DNA from: an uncultured Gemmatimonadales bacterium
GTDB lineage: Bacteria; Gemmatimonadota; Gemmatimonadetes; Longimicrobiales; RSA9
NCBI GenBank assembly: GCA_963816355.1
Contig: CAWFKH010000005.1
Span: forward strand, 32,001 to 96,000
Direction: 5' to 3'
Length of the DNA stretch: 64,000 bases
The notes beneath the pieces were generated by a model that saw only the letters and a program-made list of their open reading frames with translations, made no database searches and was not told where the DNA came from. The first letter of the stretch is position 1, and every line of letters begins with the position of its first letter. Both the position numbers and the translations under genes were made by a program. Below are positions 36,360 to 45,869 of this stretch, piece by piece.

Positions 36360-37256
36360 TCAGAAGCGCCATCGCCATCCGACGTACACGGCCGAGCCGC
36401 CGCGCGGTCCGGGCAGGAGGTTCACCTCCGGAAGAGAGAGCGCCGCAGAGGACGCCGCCTTCGCATCCGCCCCGCCGCCGCTCGCCCGCTCCGCATAGCG
36501 GTGGGCCACCTCCCGCCCGATCGCGTAGCCGAACACAATGCCGAGAAGCGTGTCCGACGTCCAGTGCTTCTCGCCGATCGTGCGCGCCGCACCGACGCCT
36601 ACCGCGAACGCGTACAGCGCCGGCTCCACCAGGCCCATGTGGAAGCGCTGGTTCCAGAACGTGACGCACGACATGATGTTGGCGACGTGGCCGCCGAAGA
36701 ACGAATGGTAGTCCCACCCCCGGCCGGGGAACGACCACCGGTCCGCCTCTTCGTTGCGCTGGCCGCTCGCCGTCAGCGTCGGCCGCGCCCGCGCCACCGC
36801 CGCGTACACACCCTGGCGCACCAGCGAGCCGGTCACGTCCGCCGTCGTGCAGCCGATCGCCGCGTCCCGCAGGTCGCGCGAATCCACGGCGAAGCCGAGC
36901 ACGTACAACACCGCCGACGTCTCCTCCAGCCGCTCCGTCAGCGCGAGCTGCGCCAGGTGCCCCTCGCCGAACGGCTCGAAGGCGCGCACGACGCCGGCGT
37001 TCTCGTGCCCCCGGATCCAGTCCTGGATCGGGACGTCGGCCAGCGTCGTCGCCGCGTACCCGGCCGCCACCCCCGCCACCGCCGGCAGGTCGCCCGCGTC
37101 CATCCGGAACGGCGACGTCACGACGTGCCACGAGTCGCCGAAGAAGTGGCCGAAGTCCTCCCCCACCGAAGAGAGCGTGCGCTGCGCGCGGGCCGGCGCG
37201 GCGAGCGCGAGCGCGGCGAGCAGCGCGGTGGAGCCGGTACGCAGAACCGGGTGCAT
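36360..37256 (-). CDS. PAP2-family phosphatase-like protein
   Basis: Signal peptide; ARARP (C1), SFFGGH (C2), ARTIGEKHWTSD (C3). Confidence 0.75.
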   Translation of the reverse strand: MHPVLRTGSTALLAALALAAPARAQRTLSSVGEDFGHFFGDSWHVVTSPFRMDAGDLPAVAGVAAGYAATTLADVPIQDWIRGHENAGVVRAFEPFGEGHLAQLALTERLEETSAVLYVLGFAVDSRDLRDAAIGCTTADVTGSLVRQGVYAAVARARPTLTASGQRNEEADRWSFPGRGWDYHSFFGGHVANIMSCVTFWNQRFHMGLVEPALYAFAVGVGAARTIGEKHWTSDTLLGIVFGYAIGREVAHRYAERASGGGADAKAASSAALSLPEVNLLPGPRGGSAVYVGWRWRF

Positions 37257-37473
37257 GCGATGGACCTTTCCCTTGCCGGCGGCCGTTGCCGTATTGCGGA
37301 CGCCGCCGGATGGGGGCAAGATCCAGACCGCGTAACGACTTACGACGGCGACGCGCCGCGCCCCGGCGCCCCAGCCCCCGTAGCGGCGCGGCCGGGACCG
37401 CAAGCACGCCTCGCGGCAACCCTGACGGCCGCAACGGGATCGTACTCACAGACGACGACAGCCGGCGCGGGCA

Positions 37474-38028
37474 ATGCACGAAGAAGACGTCATCGAACGG
37501 GCGAAGGCGGGCGATCCCGATGCGATCCGCTCCCTCTACGCAATGCACGCTGGTCGCGTCTACGCCGTCGCGCGCCGCATCGCGGGTGATGACGCGACCG
37601 CCGAGGACTGGGCCCAGGAGGCGTGGATCCGCGCGATCCGCGCGCTGCCCACCTTCCGCAGCGAGTCCCGCTTCTCGACGTGGCTGCACCGCATCGCCGT
37701 CAACACCGCGCTGCACGGCATGCGCAGCTCCACGCGACGCGTGCGCCGCGAGAAGGTGCTCCGCCTCGAGGCGCACCAGGACGCCCGGCCCGCGAAGCCG
37801 CTGCTGCGCTTCGAGCTGCAGGAGGCGCTCGACGAACTGCCGGACGGAATGCGCAGGATCCTGATCCTGCACGACGTCGAAGGATACACGCACGACGAGA
37901 TCGGGGCGCTGCTCGGAATCGCCGCCGGGACCTCCAAGAGCCAACTGTTCAAGGCCCGCGCCCGGATGCGGTCGCTGCTCGAAACCGAATCGATCGAGAA
38001 GGACGGAGAAGAAGCATGTCTCATCTGA
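37474..38028 (+). CDS. ECF RNA polymerase sigma factor
   Basis: AEDWAQEAWI, FSTWLHRIAVN, ILHDVEGYTHDEIG...GTSKSQLFKAR. Confidence 0.93.
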   Translation: MHEEDVIERAKAGDPDAIRSLYAMHAGRVYAVARRIAGDDATAEDWAQEAWIRAIRALPTFRSESRFSTWLHRIAVNTALHGMRSSTRRVRREKVLRLEAHQDARPAKPLLRFELQEALDELPDGMRRILILHDVEGYTHDEIGALLGIAAGTSKSQLFKARARMRSLLETESIEKDGEEACLI

Positions 38029-38654
38029 ATATGGAAGCGCTGGCTCGCCTGGTCGACGAGCCGCCCGACCGGCTGGAAGCGGCCCACATCGATGCATGCG
38101 ACGCCTGCGCCGCGATGCTCGATCGGCTGCGCCAGCAGACCGCCGCTCTCGCGAAGCTGCCGGCGATCGAGCCGCACCCCGCCGCGTGGTCCGGCCTCGA
38201 GCGGCGCCTCGCCGCCGAAGGGCTGCTGCGCCGCCGCGTGGTTTCGCCGCGCGCCGCGCGCTGGCTCCGCTACGCCGCCACGATCGCGCTCCTGCTCGCC
38301 TCCGGCGCCACCGGCGCGGTGCTCGAGGCTCGCTTCGGCGGACCCCGTGACACCGCGAGCGTCGCGACCGCGGGGCCGCCGATGACCGCGCCGGAAGCGA
38401 GCGAGCGCCTTCGTCTCTCGGAGCAGGCGTACCTCACGGCGCTCACGGATTACAACCGCATCGTCGCGCCGGAATCCAGCGTCGACGCGCCCACGCGCCT
38501 CGCCGCGCTCGACGCGATCGTCCTCACCACGCAGGCCGCGCTCGACCGCGCGCCCGCGGACCCCGTGATCAATGGCTACCATCTGACCGCGCTCGCCCAG
38601 CGGGAGGCGACGCTGAAGCGCCTCGCCGCCGCCCGCGACGAGCCGTGGTTCTGA
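38016..38654 (+). CDS. Zinc-finger (HxxxCxxC) anti-sigma factor
   Basis: AHIDACDAC, central TM helix, ALDRAPADP; overlaps the sigma gene. Confidence 0.8.
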   Translation: MSHLNMEALARLVDEPPDRLEAAHIDACDACAAMLDRLRQQTAALAKLPAIEPHPAAWSGLERRLAAEGLLRRRVVSPRAARWLRYAATIALLLASGATGAVLEARFGGPRDTASVATAGPPMTAPEASERLRLSEQAYLTALTDYNRIVAPESSVDAPTRLAALDAIVLTTQAALDRAPADPVINGYHLTALAQREATLKRLAAARDEPWF

Positions 38655-38661
38655 GCATCCG

Positions 38662-39870
38662 ATGAGAAGGAGGACGTCCATGTCCGCAGCAATCGTCTCC
38701 GGGACCGCGCCGCTCGTTCGGCGCGATGGGGCGCGCCGGCCGGCCGCACGAGCCCCGCGGCCCTCGCCGCGCCGGAGGTTCGCAGCCGCCGCGCTGGCGG
38801 CGATCGGCCTCGCGCTCGCCGCCGCGGCGCCCGCGGCCGCCCAACGCACCGTCACGCTTTCGTCCGTGCCGCGGGCGTGGCTCGGCTTCTCCTACGTCAC
38901 TGCGGAGCGGAGCACCGACGGCGCGAAGAAGCCGCGGCCGGGCGTGGAGGTGCAGCGCGTGGAGGAGGACTCGCCCGCCGCGCGCGCCGGGCTGCGCGTT
39001 GGCGACCGCATCCTCAGCGTGAACGGGATCAAGGCGACGCCGCAGCTCCTCGGCTCGCTCTCCTCCTCCCTCGATCCCGGCGACGCCGTGCGCCTGCGAA
39101 TCGAGCGGGAGGGTCATCAGAGCGACGTCCAGGTGACCGCGGCGGCGCCGCCGGATTGGCTCAAGCGGCGGCAGACCGTCGTGATCCTCGACGGCGACTC
39201 GATCCGCCAGCAGGTGCGCGTCTTCCTCGACTCGGCACGCACGGCCGTCGAGCGCATCCGGATCCCGCGCATCGAGGTGCTGACGGACTCCGGCTCCGCG
39301 TGGACGCTGAACCTGGACGGTGACACGGTGCTCGTGCGCAGCGGCGCCCGCTTGCGGCTGTTTGCCGACTCCGCCTTCGGCGGCGGCTTCGGCCCCACCG
39401 TGTTCCGGTGGTCCGGCCCCGACTCCACCTTGCTCCGCGCCGGACGGGCGCAGTGGATCGACGTCGACTCCTCCGGCCGCAACTTCGTCTGGGCCGGCCC
39501 GAACGCCTTCGTATTCCGCAACGGCGCGACGGACTCGACGTTCGACTTCACCACTCCGGCGGACCTGCTCAACCTGCAGATCCGGACCGGCATGCATTCG
39601 GTCGCCGGCGCCGAGTTCGCCGTGGTCAATCCGGACCTCGGCGCCTACTTCGGCGTCGACACCGGCGTCCTCGTCACGCGCGTTTCCCGCACCTCGCCCG
39701 CCGCGCGCGCGGGCCTGCGCGCCGGTGACATCGTCGTGAAGGCCGGCGGACGGCCGGTGCAGGACGTGAGCGACCTGCGCGCCGCGGTCCGCCGCGCCGC
39801 CTCGAAGCCGCTCGAGATCGAGATCGTGCGGCGGAAGGAGCACCGGACGCTCACGCTGCCCCGCGACTGA
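38662..39870 (+). CDS. Exported protein with two PDZ domains
   Basis: WLGF...SPAARAGLRVGDRILSVNG and GVLVTRV..SPAARAGLRAGDIVV. Confidence 0.85.
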   Translation: MRRRTSMSAAIVSGTAPLVRRDGARRPAARAPRPSPRRRFAAAALAAIGLALAAAAPAAAQRTVTLSSVPRAWLGFSYVTAERSTDGAKKPRPGVEVQRVEEDSPAARAGLRVGDRILSVNGIKATPQLLGSLSSSLDPGDAVRLRIEREGHQSDVQVTAAAPPDWLKRRQTVVILDGDSIRQQVRVFLDSARTAVERIRIPRIEVLTDSGSAWTLNLDGDTVLVRSGARLRLFADSAFGGGFGPTVFRWSGPDSTLLRAGRAQWIDVDSSGRNFVWAGPNAFVFRNGATDSTFDFTTPADLLNLQIRTGMHSVAGAEFAVVNPDLGAYFGVDTGVLVTRVSRTSPAARAGLRAGDIVVKAGGRPVQDVSDLRAAVRRAASKPLEIEIVRRKEHRTLTLPRD

Positions 39871-40037
39871 CAGAGATCGCGGCCGCGCCCCGCCGGCTGC
39901 GGCCGCCGTCGCGGCGACCGCAGCCGCGCCACGCCGCCTCCCATCGGGATCGGGCGCCGGTCCATCTTCCGGACCGGCGCCCGATCCCCTACCTTCAGCG
40001 CGGATCCCGTACGCTCGCCCTCGCGACCCGACGACCG

Positions 40038-41300
40038 ATGCAGCGCACGCCCCCCGCCGGAGCTGGTGAGCGCCCGCGGGAATCGTTCGATCCACGCACC
40101 GAGATCACCGAGGAGTCGTTCGCCATCGCGCCCGAGCTCCTCGGCATGCCTCTGGCCGGCCCGTGGCGCCGCCTCGCCGGCATCCTCGTGGACCTGGCGC
40201 TCGCCGGTCTCCTCACCCGCATGCCCCGCTTCCTGCTCGCGATCGGCGCCGCCTTCGTGTTCTGGCGCCTCAGCCGCCAGCTCGACCGGGGCTTCCTGCA
40301 GCGGTGGTCGCGCTTCTGGATCCGCGCCATCGCCGCCGTGACCGCTTTCGTCGCGATTCTGATGGGCGGAGTGTGGACGCACCGTAAGGTCGCAGACTTC
40401 GGCGCCGACGCGGTGGCCAGCTCGGACGCGGGCGGCGACGCCGCCCGGCTCGGCCCCGTCGGCAGCGCGATCGGCATGCTCGGCGCCGCCGGCCGCGACT
40501 ACCTGCGGCTGCGCGATGCCAGCTCTCCAGCCCAGGCGCGCACGCGCGCGCGGGACCTCGTCGCCACGCTTCAGCGCCACATGGATTCGCCGGAGGAGTT
40601 CGCCGACCTCGCCACCGAGCTCGCCGACGCACCGCCGGACCAGCTCCGGCAGCTCGGCCTCGGAACCGACCAGGTCGACGCCCTGCTCCAGGCGCTCGCG
40701 CCCTACAGCCACGCCCCACCCCCCGCACCCGACGCGCCCGGCGCCGCCGTGGCCGTCACCGAGCCCACCGCCGGCACTGCCAGCGCCGCGGCCGATTCCG
40801 CCGCGGCCGATTCCGCCACGGCCGATTCCGCCGCGCCTGCGGAGGTTGCCGCGATCCGCCCCGAGATCCAGGCCCACATCGACTCCCTCGAACGGCGCGT
40901 CGAGGCGGCCGACGCGCGCGCGGACCGCCTCGCCCGGCAGGCGTCGCGCGATGTGGAGCACACCGGCATCCTGGGTCCGCTCCGCTCGGCCGCCGACGAC
41001 CTCGGCGTCAGCGTCGGCTGGCTCGGCCTCTACTTCACCGCCTTCCTCGCGATGTGGAAAGGCCAGACACCGGGCAAGAGGATCTTCGGCATGCGCGTCT
41101 TGCGCCTCGATGGAAAGCCGATCGGCTGGTGGGCCGCCTTCGAGCGCTTCGGCGGCTACGGCGCCGGCATCGCGACCGGCCTGCTCGGCTTCGCTCAGGT
41201 CCTGTGGGACCGCAACCGCCAGGCGATCCACGACAAGATCTCGGAGACCGTCGTCGTGGACGAATCACCCGCGGCCCGCCGCTCCGCGACCACGCCCTGA
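40038..41300 (+). CDS. RDD-family membrane protein with a large insertion
   Basis: LAGPWRRLAGILVD at the N-terminus; GQTPGKRIFGMRV and RQAIHDKISETVVV at the C-terminus. Confidence 0.85.
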   Translation: MQRTPPAGAGERPRESFDPRTEITEESFAIAPELLGMPLAGPWRRLAGILVDLALAGLLTRMPRFLLAIGAAFVFWRLSRQLDRGFLQRWSRFWIRAIAAVTAFVAILMGGVWTHRKVADFGADAVASSDAGGDAARLGPVGSAIGMLGAAGRDYLRLRDASSPAQARTRARDLVATLQRHMDSPEEFADLATELADAPPDQLRQLGLGTDQVDALLQALAPYSHAPPPAPDAPGAAVAVTEPTAGTASAAADSAAADSATADSAAPAEVAAIRPEIQAHIDSLERRVEAADARADRLARQASRDVEHTGILGPLRSAADDLGVSVGWLGLYFTAFLAMWKGQTPGKRIFGMRVLRLDGKPIGWWAAFERFGGYGAGIATGLLGFAQVLWDRNRQAIHDKISETVVVDESPAARRSATTP

Positions 41301-41312
41301 GCGGGGCCGCCG

Positions 41313-42728
41313 TCAGCGCGCTCCGCCCAGCACCTCCACGATCCGCCGACCCGCGCGGCCGCCGCTCCGCACCGCGCCCTCCACGCTCGGCGATACGAGA
41401 TAGTCTCCCGCCAGCGCGATGCGCGGCGGCAGCCACGACGGATCCCAGGCCCGCAGGTGCGTCAGCGATCCCGGTGGGAGCAGCGTGCTGCCCTCCGGAA
41501 AATCGTAGACGCGCGCCCGCGCCACCCGCCGCTCGACCCACGGCAGCAGCTCGACCACCGCCGGCAGCAGCCGGTCCAGCACGTCGCGCGGCGCCGCCCC
41601 CGTCAGCGCCTCGCACTCGCCCGGCGTCGGCCGGACCACCAACGCACCCCGCCCCGGCGGCACCAGGCCGCCCGGCTTGCCGGCGAGATTGCAGATCGCC
41701 GCGATCCGCTTCCCCACCGCCGCATCGCGCGGCACCGAGAGACCGAACCACTCCCACCCCGGCTCCTCCGTGAGCACGAGCGCCAGCGCGACCGCCGGCC
41801 TCGTGCGCACGCCGCCGAGCCAATCCGCGGCCCGCTTGCCCGGATCGACGAGGCCGTCCAGCACGCCGGGCGGAACGGCCACCACCACCGCGTCGTGCAT
41901 CGCCTCCCCGGCGCCGGACCCCGCCACGGCGCCGGACCCCATCCCGGCGCCGGACCCCATCCCCGACGCGCGGACGCGCAGGCGGACGCCATCCGGCACC
42001 GCCTCGACCCCGGACACGGCCGTGCCGTATCGCATGCGGACGCCGCGGCCCAGCAGCGCGCCCGCGATGGCTTCTGGCAGCGCGCCCACGCCGCCGCGCA
42101 CGCCGTACAGCGCCACGTCCAACCCGGCCGACGCAAGCGCGTGGTAATAGCCCGCGCTCGTCTCCTCCGGCAGCATGTTCTCGTAGGACGAGAGCGCCGG
42201 ATAGGCCAGGTACTCGACGAAGTCGGCGCCCATTTCACGCCCACCCCACGCAGCGATGCTCTCGCCGTCGTACTCCGCCGCCACCCCCGCGGACGGATCC
42301 GCCACGTCCAACTCGCCGCGGCGCCCCGTGAGGAACGGCAGGTAGCGCGCGAGCAGGCGCAGCTTCAGCCCCGTCGGCAGGGCGCCCGATGCCGCCATCG
42401 TCGTCGGCGATCCGTACGTCAGGCGATGGATGCGTCCGCCGCGCAACAGCGCGTCGCGGCCGCTCGCCCGGACCAGCAGGTCCGCCGCCCCCGCCGCCTC
42501 CGCGAGCCGGAAGAGATCGCCGTAGTACGAGCCGAGGAGCTGCACGCCGGCGTCGATCCGCACCCCCTCCAGGTCCTGCGTGCACATCCGCCCGCCCGGC
42601 CCCTCCCTCGCCTCGTACACCGTCACCGACGCCCCCGCCGCCGCCAGCGTCCACGCCGCCGCGAGCCCCGCCGGACCCGCTCCCACCACGCCGACCGCGC
42701 GGCCGCTCGCCTCCCCTGGTGCGTCCAT
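41313..42728 (-). CDS. FAD-dependent oxidoreductase (protoporphyrinogen oxidase/amine oxidase family)
   Basis: VGAGPAGLAAA...VYEA...GGR, DAGVQ, LAGDY...VEGAVRSG. Confidence 0.85.
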   Translation of the reverse strand: MDAPGEASGRAVGVVGAGPAGLAAAWTLAAAGASVTVYEAREGPGGRMCTQDLEGVRIDAGVQLLGSYYGDLFRLAEAAGAADLLVRASGRDALLRGGRIHRLTYGSPTTMAASGALPTGLKLRLLARYLPFLTGRRGELDVADPSAGVAAEYDGESIAAWGGREMGADFVEYLAYPALSSYENMLPEETSAGYYHALASAGLDVALYGVRGGVGALPEAIAGALLGRGVRMRYGTAVSGVEAVPDGVRLRVRASGMGSGAGMGSGAVAGSGAGEAMHDAVVVAVPPGVLDGLVDPGKRAADWLGGVRTRPAVALALVLTEEPGWEWFGLSVPRDAAVGKRIAAICNLAGKPGGLVPPGRGALVVRPTPGECEALTGAAPRDVLDRLLPAVVELLPWVERRVARARVYDFPEGSTLLPPGSLTHLRAWDPSWLPPRIALAGDYLVSPSVEGAVRSGGRAGRRIVEVLGGAR

Positions 42729-42897
42729 GCGCTCAACTTCGGCCCGCCCCGAACCCCGCGCAACGCTCGCCCGGCCCGGCCTCGCCGGCTTTCCGTACGA
42801 CGTCAGGGCCCCACGCGCGACGGCCCGCGACGCTGACCAGCGCCGCGGGCCGACCCACACCTCTCCCGGCAGGAGCCCGCTCCCGACCGACCCTCCC

Positions 42898-43074
42898 TCA
42901 GCCGGCCACGATCTTCCAGCGGCCGTACGGAAGCGTCGGAACCGGCCTCACCTTCCCTCCCCAGATGAACGCCGCGATCCGCGGCCCCGGCTCCCGCCGC
43001 ACTCCACTCGATATCACGATCCCCCGCACCTCCCGCTCCACCTCCACCTTCTCCACCCTCTCGTCCGTTTCCAT
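42898..43074 (-). CDS. Small hypothetical protein (58 aa)
   Basis: ATG with GAGG/GGTG upstream; protein-like composition METDERVEKVEVEREVRGIVISSGV...AFIWG. Confidence 0.55.
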   Translation of the reverse strand: METDERVEKVEVEREVRGIVISSGVRREPGPRIAAFIWGGKVRPVPTLPYGRWKIVAG

Positions 43075-43338
43075 CGTGTCACCGCCTCTCAGCCGTACGT
43101 CACGGCGCAAAGCCGCGGTTGCGGCGCCCTCGTGCACGAGCCGTACCGAATCGGCGACGGGACGTGGAAACGGCTGCAAATACGGGAGTTACGGAACTCG
43201 ACCCATCCTCTGCCGCGCCCGCGACGTCCCTCCGTGAGGACGGCCCGTGTGTCACATCGACACGCCGGGCCGCTCGGACGACGGGGCCGCTGGGGGCCGC
43301 TCCGAGCCGGGCCGCGGGTCGCTCGGAGCGCTGGCCGC

Positions 43339-43968
43339 TTACGGCCGCTGCTCGCCCTCCCTGAGGACGGATTGGGCGAGGAGGACGGTGCGCGCGATGT
43401 CGACCATCGGCTGATTGCGGTTCTGGCTTTCCTTCTGGAGGACGCGGTAGGCGTCGGCCTCGGTGAGATGGCGCGTCTCCATGAGGAGGACCTTGGCGCG
43501 CTCGACGAGGGCCCGGTCCTCGATCTTCTTCTCGAGCGACTCGGACTCATCGCGGTACTTCAGCCACTCGGCGTGGCGGGCGCGGGCGACGGTGATCGCG
43601 GGCTTGAGGTCTTCGATGCTGACGGGCTTGACGAGGTAGTGGAAGACGGGCAGCGAGACCGCCTTCTCGATGTATTCGGGATTGCTGTAGCCGGTGAGCA
43701 GGATGATCGGCACGGGCCGCAGGAGGAAGACCTGCTGGGCGGCCTCGATGCCGTTGAGCTCGGGCATGCGGATGTCGAGAAGTGCGAGGTCGATCTCGTG
43801 CTTGCGGGCGAGCTCGACGGCGTCGCGGCCGTTGGCGGCGGGACCGATGACGGTATGGCCGAGCGCCTCGAGCTGGGACTTGAGCGCCAGCGCGTTCAGG
43901 GGCTCGTCTTCGGCGACGAGGATCCGGATTCCGCCGTGTCTGCGGATGGGTCGAGTCGGCTTTCGCAT
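43339..43968 (-). CDS. ANTAR-domain response regulator (PdtaR/NasT-like)
   Basis: ILVAEDE, LLDIRMP, LTGYS, YLVKP; RALVERAKVLLM...EADAYRVLQKES (ANTAR). Confidence 0.93.
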   Translation of the reverse strand: MRKPTRPIRRHGGIRILVAEDEPLNALALKSQLEALGHTVIGPAANGRDAVELARKHEIDLALLDIRMPELNGIEAAQQVFLLRPVPIILLTGYSNPEYIEKAVSLPVFHYLVKPVSIEDLKPAITVARARHAEWLKYRDESESLEKKIEDRALVERAKVLLMETRHLTEADAYRVLQKESQNRNQPMVDIARTVLLAQSVLREGEQRP

Positions 43969-43991
43969 CACGCCGGGGGTGGAAGCAAGTA

Positions 43992-44846
43992 TCAGACCCG
44001 CGTCGCGGCGGCGGGGATCGAGCCGTCTCCGCCATGCTCCGCCGCCGCGTCGTCGACGACGTCGCCGACGAAGCCGGCGGCGGCGAGCCTGGCGGCGAGC
44101 GCGGCGGCCTGCGTGCGCTCGACCAGCCGTCCCACGCGCACGCGCCGGAGCGATCCGTCGCCCACGGTGACGACGCGCGCCTCGAAGCCGCCGTGCCGGA
44201 GGCGGCTGGCGAGAGCCTCCGCGTTGTCCGCCTCGCGGAACGCGCCGAGCTGCACCGCGAAGCGCGCGGCGCCGGCACGGACGTGCCCTTCCGCCGGCGC
44301 GGCGGGCGGGGCGGCGGGGGCGGGCGCGGCGGCCGGGGCCGGCGCGGCCGGTACGGCGGCCGCGGCGGCGAGACGGTCGAGCCAGAGGCGGGCCGCGGCG
44401 CGCTCGCTCGCGGCCGGATAGTCGAGCGTGAGCCGTCGCAGATAGGCGACGGCGCGCGCCGTGTCGCCGCGGGCGGCCAGGCTCTGAGCGAGCCGCAGCA
44501 GCGCTGCGGGCGCGTACGCGGAGGTCGGATAGCCGAGCACGACGGCGCGCAGGTCGCCCTCCGCGCCGGCGACGTCGTCGCGCAGCAAGGCGCGCAGAAG
44601 GAGCGCGTGGGCGCGGCCGCCCTCGCCGGCGGATCCGGCGGAGGAGGAGGCGTCGCCGGCCGATGCGAACCAGCGCGCCACCTCGGCGGCCGCCGGGGCG
44701 GTGGCCCCGGCGGCGACGAGGGAGTCGGCGCGCGCGAGGCTCGGCGTCTGGCCGCTGGCGTTCGCGGGCGCGGCGGCGGATGCGGCGGCGGCAAGGGCGG
44801 CCAGCGCGGGGAGGAACCGGGCCGATCGAAATCGCGGCGGACTCAC
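43992..44846 (-). CDS. Exported TPR + SPOR domain protein
   Basis: Signal peptide; YPTSAYAPAALLRLAQ; FAVQLGAF...NAEALA...RVRVG. Confidence 0.85.
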   Translation of the reverse strand: MSPPRFRSARFLPALAALAAAASAAAPANASGQTPSLARADSLVAAGATAPAAAEVARWFASAGDASSSAGSAGEGGRAHALLLRALLRDDVAGAEGDLRAVVLGYPTSAYAPAALLRLAQSLAARGDTARAVAYLRRLTLDYPAASERAAARLWLDRLAAAAAVPAAPAPAAAPAPAAPPAAPAEGHVRAGAARFAVQLGAFREADNAEALASRLRHGGFEARVVTVGDGSLRRVRVGRLVERTQAAALAARLAAAGFVGDVVDDAAAEHGGDGSIPAAATRV

Positions 44847-45847
44847 GCGGCCCGGGCCTCGAAGCGGAGCAGAAGCTCCTCGATCAGTGGGGCATCCCCG
44901 AGCGACGCCGACTTCAGGAGGCGATCCGCGCGGAGCAGGTCGTCGAGCGCCCCTTCCAGGCTGTCGGCGGACCACCGCCGCGCCTGCTGGGCGACGCGGC
45001 GGGCCAGCCACTTCTGGTGCGGCGGCAGCGCGTCCGCAAGGGCGCGCTCGCCGCCCTCGACCGCCAGCGCGAGGCGGAGGAAGTGGACGCCGAGGCCGAT
45101 CACGAGACCGACGCCGTTCTCGCCGCTCTCGAGGAGGGTGGGCAGGCCGCGACGCGCTTCGGCGAAGCGGCCTTCGGCGACCCGGTCGAACCATTCCCAG
45201 CGGTTTTCGCGCGCGATCGGACCCACGGCCTTCTCGACGTCGGCGACGGTGATGCGGGCGCGGTCGCCCACGAAGTCGCGGAGCTTCGCCATCTCGCGGA
45301 TCAGCACGCCGAGGTCGGCGCCGATGGCGGCGGCGAGGGCGCGCGCGGCATCCGGTTCGAGGTGGACCCCGTCCGTTCCGGAGCGGGCCATCAGCCAGCC
45401 GGGGAGATCCGCCTGTGAGAGCGCGGCCAGGTCGACCGATCGCGCCTCCTTCTTGAGACGCTCGTAGAAGCGGGCCTTCGTGCGGGGCGGCAGCTGCGCG
45501 ATCAGCACGAGCGCCAGGTCGGGCGGCGCCGAGCCGAGCAGCGCCTCGATCGTCTCTCGAAGCCGCGCCGAAGTGGCGAGCCCCTGCGCTTCCCGCACGA
45601 CGACGACGCGCCACGCGGCCATCATCGGCGGCGTCTGCACGATGGAGGCGAGCGATTCCGGTGTGACGTCGCCGCCCCGGAGCTGGTCGAAGTTGAAGTC
45701 GCGCGTGGCGGGGTCGAGGTGGGCGGCGACGATCTCCGCCGCAAGCTCCTCTTTCAGGAATTCCTCGTCGCCGAAAAGAAAGAAGACGCCCCCGCGCTCG
45801 CCTCGCGCGAGCGAACGCTTCAGGGCGTCGGACGTCTGCAGCGGCAT
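44843..45847 (-). CDS. holA: DNA polymerase III subunit delta
   Basis: FFLFGDEEFLK, DFNFDQL, TPPMMAAWRVVVV, IGADLGVLIREMAKL, LLRADRLLKS. Confidence 0.92.
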   Translation of the reverse strand: MPLQTSDALKRSLARGERGGVFFLFGDEEFLKEELAAEIVAAHLDPATRDFNFDQLRGGDVTPESLASIVQTPPMMAAWRVVVVREAQGLATSARLRETIEALLGSAPPDLALVLIAQLPPRTKARFYERLKKEARSVDLAALSQADLPGWLMARSGTDGVHLEPDAARALAAAIGADLGVLIREMAKLRDFVGDRARITVADVEKAVGPIARENRWEWFDRVAEGRFAEARRGLPTLLESGENGVGLVIGLGVHFLRLALAVEGGERALADALPPHQKWLARRVAQQARRWSADSLEGALDDLLRADRLLKSASLGDAPLIEELLLRFEARAA

Positions 45848-45869
45848 GTCGCGGCGACTCGCCGCGCCG

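Noticed and set aside
37416..37446. Autoregulatory ECF promoter (GCAAC...CGTA) upstream of the sigma gene at 37474
   Set aside because: The 20-nt spacing is too long compared with typical ECF promoters
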